A stretch of 64,000 bases of DNA from Heptranchias perlo (taxonomy: Eukaryota). Location of the stretch: positions 2,852,001 through 2,916,000 of the forward strand of contig NC_090370.1 of the NCBI RefSeq assembly GCF_035084215.1. Direction: 5' to 3'. This document shows, one piece after another, positions 1 through 12,695 of the stretch (the first letter of the stretch is position 1; the number at the start of each line of letters is the position of its first letter). Under the pieces are notes generated by a model. It was not told where the DNA came from. It saw nothing but the letters and a program-made list of their open reading frames with translations, and did no database searches. The translations under genes and the position numbers were made by a program.

Positions 1-35
1 CTGAAGTGGAATACGTTGCACGTTCTTTATTTTAG

Positions 36-252
36 GAACATAGGAACAGGAGTAGACCATTCAGCGCCTGTTCCACCATTCAGTTCGATCCTGGCTGACC
101 TGTACCTCAACCCCATTTACCCGCCCTTGATCCTTGATACCCTTACCCAACAAAAATCTATTGCTCTCAGTCTTGGAAATTTCAATTGACCCAACATCCA
201 GGGAAAGTTCCAGATTTCCACTGCCCTTTGGGTGATAAAGTGCTTCCTGATT
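36..252 (-). mobile_element. CR1-type LINE 3' end fragment
   Basis: aggaacataggaacaggagtagaccattcag... matches the CR1 3' terminus seen at 5272, 6435, 11980 and 62000 in this window. Confidence 0.75.
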
Positions 253-289
253 TATTGCCCATCCCTAATTGCACTGAGATGGCAGTGAT

Positions 290-612
290 GCAACTGAGTG
301 TCTTGCTAGGCCACTTCAGAGGGCAGTTAAGAGTCAACCATGTTGGTGTGGGACTGGAGTCACATATAGGCCAGGCTGGGTAAGGACGGCAGGTTTCCTT
401 CCCTGAAGGACAGTAGTGAATTAGTTGGGTTTTTATGACAATCCAACAGCTTCATGGTCACTTTTACTGAGACCAACTTTTTATTCTATCTTTTTTAAAT
501 TGAATTCAAATTCTCAAACTGCTGTGGTGGGATTGTGAACTAATGTTCTGCTGGATTTATTAGTCCAAGCCTCTGGATTACTAGCCCAGTAACATAACCA
601 CTACACCACTGT
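290..612 (-). mobile_element. tRNA-derived SINE (family B; other copies ~15724-16025, 16612-16775, 19620-19830, 33038-33270)
   Basis: Reverse complement starts gtacagtggtgtagtggttatgttactgg (A-box-like) followed by a B-box-like ttcacaatcccacc; the body recurs several times in the window. Confidence 0.7.
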
Positions 613-2182
613 ACCCTTGAGGCAGAGATGCTGATATCATTTAAAAGGGAATTGGATACGTATTTGAAAAGAATATAAAAGGATATGTGGACAGGGCGGG
701 GAAATGGGATTAGAGTAGACAGCTCCAGTTGATGAACTAGCGTCGGCACAGGCCCGATTGACCCAATGACCTCCTTCATGTAATCTCTATGATTTCAGGC
801 CCCAGCTATCTTTCTCCAGCTTAATAGTTTCTCCGCAAAGCAAAATCATAAATGTACATTTCTTCATACACCGGCACAACCAACCAGTTCCAGCTTTTCC
901 TTTTAGATCGTGAGTGGGGCAAATGACTCATTACTGTTTGGATCCCCTCAGACACCAGTGCTTTCATTGTCTTTGGGGTTCCTGATGCAAAATCGCGGCA
1001 CATGAGCAGCAAACTGGACTACACACGACAAGTGTAGAGATTTGTGGGATTTGTCCTGGGCTGTCACATTGTGACAAATCACGTCATAAGGACATGAAGC
1101 TGGACACTAAGTTGTCATAGTAACTGAGCTATTTCTTATTTTGGCAGAATTAGAGAGCCTTCAGGCCAACTTCCAAAAAATTGGTCAGATTTGAAGAATT
1201 GTTATAATTCACCCACGTTTTGAATATTTTTGTGGAAATCATGAGTACAGAAGTTGTGACCCCGAGAACCAGTTGGACAAGTTATGACAATCAGCATCAC
1301 TGCTGATGAAATCATTTAACCCGGGGGCACTTTAGCAGTTGCCTCATTTCAGACATATGTTAGTTTAACTTCCCTGCGCTGCTCGGCTCAGTAACTCTTC
1401 CCACTCCATTCCTTCAGTGATCATCACTGGTCTCTTAGAATCATAGAATCGTACAGCAAAGAAGGAGGCCATTCGGCCCATCAACCTTGTGCCGGCTCTT
1501 TGAAAGAGCTATTTAATTAGTCCCACTCCCCCCTGTTCTTTCCCCAGAGCCCTGCAAATCTTTCTTTTTCAAGTATATATCCAGTTCCCTTTTGAAAGTT
1601 ATTTAGGTGCTTGTATATTTACTGTTTATGTAGTTTGGAGTGTTAATACCTGCTCCCTTATTCTGACAGCAGAATTGTCTCAAGATGGGAATTAACTGTT
1701 CGATCTAGTATAATGAGATCCCCACACAACTTCTTTACAAATACAGCCCGTGTTAACAAGATTGAATAATATCTATTGAATGAATTTGTCATAGAATCAT
1801 AGAAAGTTACAGCACAGAAGGAGGCCATTCGGCCCATCGTGTCCGTCATACATGCTTTGTAAAATCTCTTTCTGGTATAAAATGTCAGACCCTTCAAGTG
1901 TTTCCCAGAAAGACAGAGCTGTACAAGGGTTAACCAGATCTGCCAGCTTGTTTCTTTTACTTTTACTCAAAGAGCAGGCAATCACTGTTACACAAGTGCT
2001 TGTGGTTTTTTATATGCTTAGTGTGTCAGCAGTCACCCGCTCTGAGTAATCTACTCCGCAAGCAAGCAGAGCAGGTCCCGGTGCTGCAGATCAGCAGGGA
2101 CGAAGGCGGGGAACTGACATGATCAGATCGATGTAAGGAATCTTACAACACCAGGTTATAGTCCAACAGTTTTATTTGAAAA

Positions 2183-2219
2183 TCACAAGCTTTCGGAGCT
2201 TACCTCCGTCGTCAGGTGA
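2183..2219 (-). ncRNA. Minimal type I hammerhead ribozyme (opposite-strand copy)
   Basis: Reverse complement reads tcac-CTGACGA-c-ggag(gtaag)ctcc-GAAA-gc-TT-gtga. Confidence 0.8.
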
Positions 2220-2228
2220 GTGACTCAC

Positions 2229-2265
2229 TCACCTGACGAAGGAGGTAAGCTCCGAAAGCTTGTGA
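2229..2265 (+). ncRNA. Minimal type I hammerhead ribozyme
   Basis: tcac-CTGACGA-a-ggag(gtaag)ctcc-GAAA-gc-TT-gtga: stem I tcac/gtga, CUGANGA core, stem II, GAAA, palindromic mini stem III (AAGCTT), UH cleavage site. Confidence 0.8.
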
Positions 2266-3431
2266 TTTTCAAATAAACCTGTTGGACTATAACCTGGTGT
2301 TGTAAGATTCCTTACATTTGTTCACCCCAGTCCATCACCGGCATCTCCACACCACGATCAGATCAGACACCCGTTTTACACCCTGCTCAATTTTGTCTCA
2401 GTTGACTTCAATGGAAAGTAAAATCAGGCGGCTAATCTGATCAGATCCCCCCCGCCAGATGGGTTAGCTTAAAATGACCCCCTAAAGAGTATTAGCCAAA
2501 CTTTACTTTTGCTTTCATTGTGATTATCCTGCCTTATCAAGTGTCCACTCCCTTACTTCCTGAAGGCAGTGCATCATACAGAGTTACAGTTCCCCAGGTG
2601 CTAGCTCAATCCATGGTCTGTGCCAAAGTAGCTCATTTCAGTTGGGGAGGAGGTGGTGGGGACACTGGAATTGGCCTCAGTACCAATTAGGGAGGAGTAG
2701 TCAGGCTCCTGCTCCTGATCACACAGTGACCCCTGCCAAAAAGGGTACGTGGGTGCAGTCCTCACCTGAGGATAGGATTCATGCTTGGCTGTTGATGTCC
2801 CCCTTGGTTGAATAACCTGCTGGTAATGGACATTAAACCATCATGTGGGACAGAACATCATTTTAATTATGTCATTTGGAAAATTGCACATTTAGTCTTT
2901 ACGTCAGAGAAAAGAATTTCAGATTCCCTGTTGAGAGGTCAATGCAATGGGGAATGAGCTTACTCACCAGAATGGATTTTTTTCACATTATTGAAATTAT
3001 TTCCTGCTAAATCAGACTCAGTGACCACTTCCCCAAAAATTGGCCATGAACCTTTGGTCCAATGCAGCCCATGTCTGCCTCCTTATGTCCTTAAGTGTGT
3101 GGGAACCAGGAACCAACACATGCAGTTTAAATTTCAAAATTTTTGTGATTAAAGGAGGGGGAGCAGAATCAGGAGGAATTTCCAGCTTATCACAAAAAAT
3201 TGTATTACTCCCCGCACCCCCCCCTCGCAATGGTTAAATAGATGAATGCACTGCCCAGTGTGATAGTGAGTCATACAGAGCAGGAAGCTCTGAGCTCAGT
3301 TAGCTGATCTCCACTAGGGCAGCAGTTGTAGTTCTACAATTGGCCTCAGTACCCCTGTGTTAGGGAGGGGAAAGTCAGCCAGGGTTCCTGCTCCTGATCA
3401 CTATCCAATGTCTAGGGTGACTACTACTACA

Positions 3432-3854
3432 GAAGGTCATGGGTTCAAGCCCCACTTCAGAGACTTGAGCACATAATCTATGCTGACACTCCCAATGCAG
3501 TACTGAGGGAGTGCTGCACTGTTGGAGGTGCTGTCTTTCGAATGAGACGTTAATCTGAGGCCCCGTCTGCCTCTCAGGAGGATGTAAAAGATCCCATGGA
3601 GTTGGAAGAAGAGCAGGGGAGTTCTCCCCGGTGTCCTGGGGCCAACATTTATTCCTAAACCAACATCACTAAAAAAACAGATTATCTGGTCATTTATCAT
3701 ATTGCTGTTTGTGGGATCTTGCTGTGCACAAATTGGCTGCCGCGTTTTCTACATTACAACAGAGATTACACTTCAAAAGTACTTCATTGGCTGTAAAGCG
3801 CTTTGGGATGTCCTGAGGTTGTGAAAGGCACTATATAAATGCAAGTTCTTTCTT
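3432..3854 (+). mobile_element. Deu-domain tRNA-SINE (SacSINE1/AmnSINE1-like), 5'-truncated, with 14-bp TSD
   Basis: Deu-like core gctgcactgttggaggtgctgtctttcgaatgagacgttaa...gtaaaagatcccatgg; L2-type tail aaaggcactatataaatgcaagttctttc; tgactactactaca duplicated at 3418-3431 and 3855-3868. Confidence 0.8.
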
Positions 3855-3868
3855 TGACTACTACTACA

Positions 3869-4172
3869 ACAACAACAGCAACCACAACGCCTTTAACATG
3901 GTAAAACGTCCCAAGGCGCTTCACAGGAGTGTAAATCAGACAAAATTTGACTCTGAGCCAAAGAAGGAGATGTTAGGACAGGTGACCAAAAGCTTGGTCA
4001 AAGAGGTAGATTTTAAGGAAGGTCTTAAAGGGGGAGAGAGAGGTGGAGAGGTTTCGGGAGGGAAGTCTTGGGGCCTAGGCAGCTGAAGACACGGCCGCCA
4101 ATGGTGGAGCGAAGGAAGTGGGGGATGCAAAAGAGCCCAGAATTGGAGGAGCGCAGAGTTCTCGGAGGATTG
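3869..4172 (-). mobile_element. L2-type LINE 3' fragment
   Basis: Minus-strand translation YNPPRTLRSSNSGL...IGGRVFSCLGP (L2 ORF2 C-terminus); same sequence at 44385-44730 and 46530-46750. Confidence 0.75.
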
Positions 4173-4599
4173 TATATATAATATATATGTGTATAATAGT
4201 ATTTTTTCTTGCCTCTCATTCTGTAAACTACCAGATGTAACTAGAGGTGTTACATCTCTATGGGCCAACGCATATGAGGGGGTCTTTAGTCATGACGATC
4301 AGAGAAGCAACCTTACAATGGAGTTTGAACATAAGATGCATAGCCTTACAGGAAGTGATCTGCTCTGACTAAGAGCAGTCAGACCAAGTACCATTTTCAG
4401 AAGTCAGGGGCTGACATGGTAACTTGCATCACTGTTATGTGGATTGGCCAGGAATGATATTGAATATCAAAAGAGAAAGTGACATAACACCATCCTCTGT
4501 ATTTCATTTTCATCGGCTTACTAAACTGTCTCAATCGCACAGCAGTCAGATTTTAGCTTGATGGGAGCAGTGTTGTCATAGACTGAACATAGGTAAACA

Positions 4600-4860
4600 G
4601 AAGGGAGGGAGAAATGAAAGGGTGAATAAGAGAGAAAAGAGAGAAATGGGGGAGAAAATAAGAAAGAGAGAGAATTAAGAAAGGCAAAATAAAGGGAATG
4701 AGAGAGAAAGCAAGGAGAAGGAGAAAAAGGAGCTACAACGAGGGAGAGAATGAAAAAAAGAGTAAAACGGAGAAAGGGAAAAAGATAGGACAGAGGAAAA
4801 AAAGAGACAGAATAAGTGAAAAGGCTAAACGAAAGGAAGAGAGAGAGAAATTGTTAGAAA
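4600..4860. repeat. GA-rich low-complexity tract
   Basis: Purine-dominated run (agagagaaaagagagaaatggggg...). Confidence 0.7.
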
Positions 4861-5271
4861 GTCTTTCATTTTGACTCATGAGCAAAGTGAAGATTAATGT
4901 GAAAGAAATACTGATGTGAGCACTAGCCAGCACTTCAACTAAAATCCCTCCCCAGTGTGTTCTAAACATGCATGCGCAGAGTTCTTATTTGCCTGGCTAG
5001 CGAACGACATAGAGCTGATAGTATAATGCAGGTCTGCTTATTGCCTGTTGCTATAAGCAGGTACTGGTCTGAAATCAGTACCTGTATAACAGTGCCAGAA
5101 CACTTAAAAACAAATTGTCAGCAAAACACAATGGGGCATAAACTGGAGCCTCACCAGCCATGAGTATGGGTTAGGCATAGGGCTACAACACTGTAGGCCC
5201 AGTCTGTGCCCCAAGTCCATGTCTAGGGAAGCTCTATGCTGGCAGTGGGCCTTGCCATTTCTGCCTTAATA

Positions 5272-6055
5272 GAAACATAGAAAATAGGAGCAGGAGTAGG
5301 CCATTCAGCCCTTCGAGCCTGCTCCACCATTCAATAGGATCATGGCCGATCCTCTATCTCAATACCATATTCCCGCTCTCTCCCCATACCCCTTGATACC
5401 TTCTGTGTCTAGAAATCTATCTGGCTCCTTCTTAAATATATTCAGTGATTTGGCCTCCACAGCCTTCTGTGGTTGAGAATTCCACAGGTTCACCACCCTC
5501 TGAGTGAAGAAATTTCTCCTCATCTCAGTCCTAAATGTCCTACCCCATATCCTGAGACTGTGACCCCCAGCCAGGGGAAACATCCTCCCTGCATCCAGTC
5601 TGTCTAGCCCTGTCAGAATTTTATACGTTTCAATGAGATCCCCTCTCTCGTGAACACAGACCTAATCGACCCAATCTCTCCTCATACGACAGTCCTGCCA
5701 TCCCAGGAATCAGTCTGATGAGCCTTCGCTGCACTCTCTCTATGGCAAGTATATCCTTTCTTAGGTAAGGAGACCAAAACTGCACACAATACTCCAGGTG
5801 TGGTCTCACCAAGGCCCTGTATAACTGCAGTAAGACATCCTTGCTCCTGTACTCAAATCCTCTTGCAATGAAGGCCAACATACCATTTGTTTTCCTAACT
5901 GCTTGCTGCACCTGAATGTTTGCTTTCAGTGACTGGTGTACAAGGACACCCAGGTCCTTTTATACATCAACATTTCCCAATCTATCACCATTTAAATAAT
6001 ACTCTGCCTTTCTGTTTTTCCTTTCGAAGTGGATAACTTCACATTTATTCACTTC
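5272..6055 (-). mobile_element. CR1 LINE 3' fragment (RT C-terminus), frameshifted
   Basis: ORFs 5630-5911 (LYRALVRPHLEYCVQFWSP) and 5359-5583 (RRNFFTQRVVNLWN). Confidence 0.9.
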
Positions 6056-6434
6056 AGCTTCAGGGAAATACCACAACACTTAATTACTGCTCTACTAGTG
6101 GGCACCACAGGATTTAAACTGTATAATCAACCCTGACACTGAGATCCTGCTTTACCTTTACTTTCGGCTTCTTTCAGTTTGATTGGACCTCGTGTCAGAC
6201 TCTTTTTATTGATGATGCCCTCCTCAGATTGAGGGGGCACTTGTGGTGCTGATTTCTATCCCAGTGACAGTGTAGGTAAACACGCAGCTAGGTTGCCAAA
6301 CTCTGAACCTCAAACAACTGAATTACTCATTCAGTGAGTGCTGTCTTATAGAAAAATAGAAAAACAGACCTCACACAAAACTGATGATTGAATTGCCTCT
6401 GTGTCCATTCGCATGCACACTGGTTCTGGGTAAG

Positions 6435-7305
6435 AACATGAAAACATTAAAAAAGGAGCAGGAGTAGGCCATACAGCCCCTCGAGCCTGCTCCGCCATTC
6501 AATCAGATCATGGCTGATCTTCGACCTCAACTCCACTTTCCTGCCCAATCCCCATATCCCTTGATTCCCTTAGAGTCCAAAAATCTATTGATCTTAGTTT
6601 TGAATATACTCAATGACTCAGCATCCACAGCCCTCTGGGGTAGAGAATTCCAAAGATTCACAACCCTCTGAGTGAAGAAATTCCTCCTTATCTCAGTCTT
6701 GAAAGGCTGACCCTTCATCCTGCGACTATGCCCTCTCGTTCTAGACTGTCCAGCCAGGGGAAATAACCTCTCAGCCTCTACCCTGTCAAGCCCCCTCATA
6801 GTCTTATATGTTTCAATGAGATCACCTCTCATTCTTCTAAACTCCAGACAGTATAGGCCCATTCTATTCAATCTCTCCTCATAGGACAACCCGCTCATTC
6901 CAGGAATTAATCTAGTGAACCTTTGTTGCACCGCCTCCAAGGCAAGAATATCCTTCCTTAGAAAAGGAGTCCAAAACTATACGCAGTACTCCAGGTGAGG
7001 TCTCACTAAAGCCCTGTACAACTGTAGTAAGACCTCCTTACTCTTGTACTCCAACCCCCTTGCAATAAAGGCCAACATGCCATTTGCTTTCCTAATTGCC
7101 TGCTGTACCTGCATACTAACTTTTTGTGTTTCTTGTACGAGGACACCCAAATCTCTCTGAACACCAACAGTTAATAGTTTCTCACCATTTAAAACATATT
7201 GTGTTTTTCTATTCTTCCTACCAAAGTGAATAACCTCACATTTCCCCACATAATACTCCGTCTGCCACCTTCTTGTCCACTCACTTAATCTGTCTATATC
7301 CCATT
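6435..7305 (-). mobile_element. CR1 LINE 3' fragment (RT C-terminus)
   Basis: ORFs 6977-7249 (KCEVIHFG...RDLGV...RPHLEYCV) and 6527-6940 (RGDLIETYK...RNFFTQRVVNLWNSLP). Confidence 0.9.
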
Positions 7306-10300
7306 ATCCAAGCCCATTACTTCTATCTCTCTTTCTTTTTATTGGCTTCTCTTGGGCCCTTCTCTCCTGTCTCCTTCCCTTCCTCTTGCCCAGTCATGCC
7401 ACCTTTCATTTCTCCCCTCTCGGGTACTTTGCACCGCCGCCAACCCATCACTACTCCTCTGCCTTCGTACTTTCCTGGCGCCATCCCAGGCTTGACTCCT
7501 CCTTAGGTAAGCCCAAAGCTTCCCTCTGTGCCTCTCACGGTATTCTCCAAAGGCCCATCGAGGCACTCGTCGATGCCTCCTTACGAGCAGAAACCCCAAC
7601 TGCCCCCTCCTACTCTCTCACCAACCTTCCTGCCCGGCATGCCTTCTTAAAGGGGCACTGTCTTCCTGATAAAAGTGACCAGCAAACTTTGTTTTGATTG
7701 GGGACTGAGAAGAGGTGTAGGGTAAATTGACTGAGCCTATGCTCCCAGCGGAGAGCTGTGCTCAAAGGCAGTGTAGGTTGGCGATGGGGCCACTACACTG
7801 CAGCGCAATTCTCCAACCTGCCCCAGGGAGCAGGAGATCAATGCACTTATCCTCACGTCACTTCTGTCACATCTGTTAGAGTTGTGTATTGATATGATTT
7901 ACCTCTTTGATGAAAGATAGAAAGAACCAACTTGCATTTAGATAGCACCTTTCACATCCTCAGGATGTCCCAAAGTGCTGCACAGCCAATGAATTACTTT
8001 TAAAGGGCGGTCACTGTTGTTATGTAGGCAAACGCAGCAGCCAAGTTGTACACAGCAAGATCACACAAACAGCAAATGACCAGTTAATCTGTTTTGGTGG
8101 TGTTGCTTGACGGAGGAATCTTAGCCCCGGACACTGTGGAAACTCCCTGATCTTCAACTAGTGCCAGATGAACCCTTCTTTCTACCTCAACTATTTGTTG
8201 GTGGAGAGATTAGAACCAGATCGGCCATGTGCCATTTTTGTCCAATGATATCGTGCACACACAGGGGTTAATTGTGACTTTGGGCGACAGTGTAAAACGG
8301 GCAATATCAGATCAGCTGCCCGTTATACATCTCTCCCCATTTTCATTTCCACTGAGAGTGCGGCAATATTTCTAGGTGGTCCCCCACACACAAAGTTTGA
8401 AAATCACTGATATAAATTGATAAAAATAAATATTTTTTAAAAAGAAAGAGAAAAACAAGTTACAAGTGTTATTAGTATATAATAAAATTAGGGCAAAGAA
8501 AAGTGCAGGCCCCATTAAATCCTTCCCTATACATCCCAACCATCCACTTTTCAACCCATGTGTCAGGTTGTCAGCGTTTCACAAGAAACATCAACTTTTT
8601 TTCACTGAAGTTGGAAGTTATCAATATCAACCAATCAGATCATTTGGAAGGTGGAGCTGGAGCCAGTCAGAAGCAGATATCTTAGAAGGTGGGACTGGAA
8701 CCAATTAGGTGTTACTTTTTCCCATTGTGTATTGCGTACAAACTTGAGACGGAAAAATTGAAAATGAGAGGTTGGTTCCTGAGAGTCCCAATAACAAGCA
8801 TGTTCATTTCATGTTTCTTCCCAAAGACATTTTATATAACAAATAAGCTGGTAAGATGCAGCTTTGAAAAATGTTTTCTTTTCCTCTAAAGGAACTTTCT
8901 GGGGCATACCTAGCTGTTGTCTTATGTGAAGGTTTATTTTCTTCAGTACTGGTTGTAGCTGTTTTTCCAGATAAGGTAGATATTCCCTGGTGTGAATGCA
9001 TTAATTAGCTCAATTTGACAATTCTTGTCACTGTACTCTTCTGACACATGTGTCACTCAGATTGGTCAATTGAATAGAAAGGTGTTTTTATTTGAAGTTT
9101 AAGGCATATAAGAGGGTGCTTGGCACATCTCTCAGAAGATTCTCTATGTTTCTTCCATCCTCTTTAGTTTTTTTCTATGGTAGCTTTCATCTAACATATG
9201 TCAAAAGGTGTCGCCACAAAGGCCAAAGTGTATCCAGGACAATGAGGAAGAGAAGTTAGATTGTGCGGCTATATTAGCTATATTAGGCAGAGTTAAATGT
9301 GTTTCTTAAATGGACGTGTGTTCCTGGGCTCAAAGAAGGAAAGGTTTAAGCCAACTAGTTCAAATACAGTTACTAGTGCATAAAGTGGATTCAGCCAGAG
9401 CCGAGGATCCAAGAGGAACGAACAATTTCTCTACAGATGGAGGCTCATCACTTGACATCCCAGATGTTGACATCATCGTCCAAAGGGAGGCTAGCAGTCA
9501 ACTCAACCACTCAACTCATAAGGACAAGGTCGTATAAGTTCTGGAAAATTGCTAATCACCGGCACATAGATTCCAATCTATCCAATAGGCTGGCTATCTT
9601 ATACTGCTAACTTGTTAGCTGTCTAGGGAGCCAAACCCTAAATTAATCTCCCAAATTATATCAATCTCAGACACTGATCTCGATAGTAATTTGATAATCA
9701 ACGATCTATTTAATGTTGAATCACTGCACTACCTTTATAACCTCTTTCGTTCATTTTGTTTGTTAAACCTGTCTACAACTATTTCTATCAATAGCTGTTT
9801 ACATACTCAATGTTTAAGGTTAAGTATTGCTAATCATGATTTTGAAGTTAATAAACAATTGTTAGTGCAACGACTTGTTGTCTGTCTACTCCTTTGTTGA
9901 TTTGGCAAGAAAGGGTTAATGAATTCACTCAGTAGCTTGCGGGTATCCTAATTGAATATGGTTGCTACGGTAAATATTAATTCCATCCGTGCTGAGTGGT
10001 GTAAGACGGTTTGGAGCCAAACCTCGGCATCGTTCACTCTGAGGCATAGGCTGGGTGGTAATCCCCAGAGGGTTCCTTAGCGAGAAATTAAGGTGAAAAG
10101 GTTAAGGATTTGTCTGGCTCTTTGACATATATTTGTCTGGAAAAAGTTTATCTGGTTACCAACCCCCAGCATACTTACAGCCTGCAGTGTAGTTAAGCCA
10201 AGCCCGTGGTCCTCTCCAAGTCCATATTCAAGGCTGTTTTTGAGCTGTCTGCTTTTTTGAAGCTGTTGGTCACCTTTTGCTAGCTTTCTAAGATGGCACA

Positions 10301-10844
10301 TGTTCTTGCCTCCGACCTTTGAACCAATTACCTCTACATGGACAGATGTCTCGACAAAACTCGTCCTATGTAGGACACATTATCCGGAGAACTGGGTTCT
10401 GGAATACTGTCTCAATGGAGTACTTTGAATAATGTATCCACTTAGGGCTGTTTCACTGGAAAAATCCATCCACACCAGTCCTGTTCGTGTGAAGTCAATA
10501 ATTTGAGTTGATCCTGTTACCATTGACTTGGAAATAGAATGACTATACTACCTAGTTTACCTGTGGGTGACATTTCGTTGATTTATGTTTTACATAGGAT
10601 TAGAAAAGAAAGAAAGACTTGCATTTATATAGCGCCTTTCACGACCTCAGGACCTCCCAAAGGGCTTTACAGCCAATGAAGTACATTTTTTGAAGTGTAG
10701 TCACTGTTGTAATGTAGGAAACGCAGCAGCCAATTTGCACACAGCGAGGTTCCACAAACAGCAATGTGATAATGACCAGATAATCTGTTTTAGTGATGTT
10801 GGTTGAGGGATAAATATTGACCAGGACGCTGGGAATAATAATAA

Positions 10845-11770
10845 AGTTTTTTTAGTTATATTAAAGGAAAAAGAAAATTGATGGATGGAGTGGGGCCACT
10901 GAAACTGGGATTGAATGAGGCCATGACAACTGATGCTACACAGGCTGCAAATGTGCTAAATAAGTCTTTTGCCTCTGTTTTTACCAAGGAAGAGACAAGT
11001 AACTTGGGACCTCTTTTGTTAAATATCTTCATAAATGATCTGGAGCTAGGAGTCACAAGCACAGTGGTTAAATTTGCAGATGATACAAGACTAATGAAGG
11101 TGGTGGACTCCAAAGCTGAACAGGATAAGCTACAGGAGAATTTGAATATACTTGGAAATGGGCAGACAGATGGCAGATGGAATTCAATGTAGAGAAATAC
11201 AAAGTGCTTCACGTGAGGACAAAAGCTCCAGGAAGGGACTATTACTTAAATGGAAAGAAAATAATGTGCATGGAAAATGAAAGAGATCGGGGAGGGTGGG
11301 GGTGGGGGTGGTGGGGGGGGTGGGTCCTGATCGACAATAAATTGAAGCTATCGCAACAAGGCTCGGTGGTAGTGAGTAAAGTAAATCAGATGTTGGGAAG
11401 TATTAAAGGTCAATATTGAGCTGAAATAGTGAGGTAATCCTGCCACTTTATAAATCATAGGTGCGACCGCACTTAGAATACCGTGTACAGTTCTGGTCAA
11501 CAGTACAAAAAGGATAATGCAGCTGTTGAAATGATACAGGAGAGCAACCAAAGTGACTGAGGGGATGGAGAGATTGGATTATAAGGAGTGATTATGTAAA
11601 TTGGCCATGTTCTCACTGGAAAAGAGAAGGTTGAGAGATGATATAGTTGCTGTTCATAGGATTCTAAACAGACTAGATAATGTCGACCATGACCAGCTGG
11701 TTCACATTGTCCAGAACAATAGAACCAGAGGACACGGCCTGTGCTTGAAATTCAAAACTAATCGGCGGAA
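10845..11770 (+). mobile_element. Degenerate CR1 LINE RT remnant
   Basis: LGPLLLNIFINDL...KFADDT RT motif; FSLEKRRLRDD...RTRGH; multiple frameshifts. Confidence 0.85.
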
Positions 11771-12695
11771 TCATTGGCCCCGATATTTACGGGGAGGCAG
11801 GGAGAGAGCAGAAGCACGTGTCAGGGGCTGGGAAACCCGGAATTACTGGGAAGGCAAAGGTCCCATCGAGAGAAAAAAAAATTCTAAATTAAATATCAAC
11901 AATACAATGAAAATTTGTTTTTGAAAGATCATAAAGATCTTCTAAGAGAAAATAAAGACATTTGAAAAGAAATAAAGACATAGGAACAGGAGTAGGTCAT
12001 TCGGCCCCTCGAGCATGTTCTGTCATTCAATTAGATCATGGCTGATCTGTATCCTCAAACTCATTTACCGCCTTTGTTCCATATCCCTTGATACCCTCAC
12101 CTGACAAAAATCTATCGATCTCAGTCTTGAAAATTTCATTTGACCCCCAGCATCCACAGCCTTTTATTTCGAGAGAAAAAGTGTTGTAACAAAATACCTT
12201 CTCAAAGAACATAAAGATGTTCTAAAAATAACCATACGCACAACTTCACGGGAAACACAGCAGAGGGAGCGTGTACACTTACCGTGTCTGTACCATAATA
12301 TGTCACCGCAATATTTTGTCGAGCAAAACGATGTTGTGCCAATATTATCATACCAACGCTTAACGTTTTGGCACCAAATTTCTCACTCCGCTATGTTAAC
12401 AGTGTTGGCCGCTTTAACAGGTGAACCGTTTTGTTCAATAGCAGACGGGGCAATACGCATCCGTACGAAAATATCGCACAGTGCAATTTTTAGGTGACTG
12501 GAGGAATTCGTTACCGAGCTAAATAACTGAACACTACCAGCTAGTAAAGAACTGGTCCGTTTCGAACCGAGAATTCCCCAGTGGAAACTACGTGTGTTTT
12601 ATAGGTGATAAAGAGCGAGTTTTGCTCTGCGTGCAGTGTCCCGGTGGGAGATAAACATTCGTAGGGCAGTACAGGTAAATCGGTGGAGGTGTTTT

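Larger units (their letters stand above)
2131..2355. mobile_element. Non-autonomous palindromic Penelope-like element (inverted pLTR pair plus tail)
   Basis: 93-bp arms (2131-2223 / 2225-2317) with 2 mismatches; termini and tail ccccagtccatcaccggcatctccac match the ends of the Penelope element at 27604-29698; gatcagatc duplicated at 2121-2129 and 2356-2364. Confidence 0.85.

Noticed and set aside
799-1012. Possible exon (ag at 797-798, gtgagt at 910) and minus-strand ORF 821-1012
   Set aside because: No recognisable protein similarity and no partner exons found
9190-10600. Unique-looking segment with TATA-like and AATAAA motifs, possible solo LTR/ERV leader
   Set aside because: Could not identify TG...CA ends, a TSD, a primer-binding site or coding remnants; needs a repeat-library search
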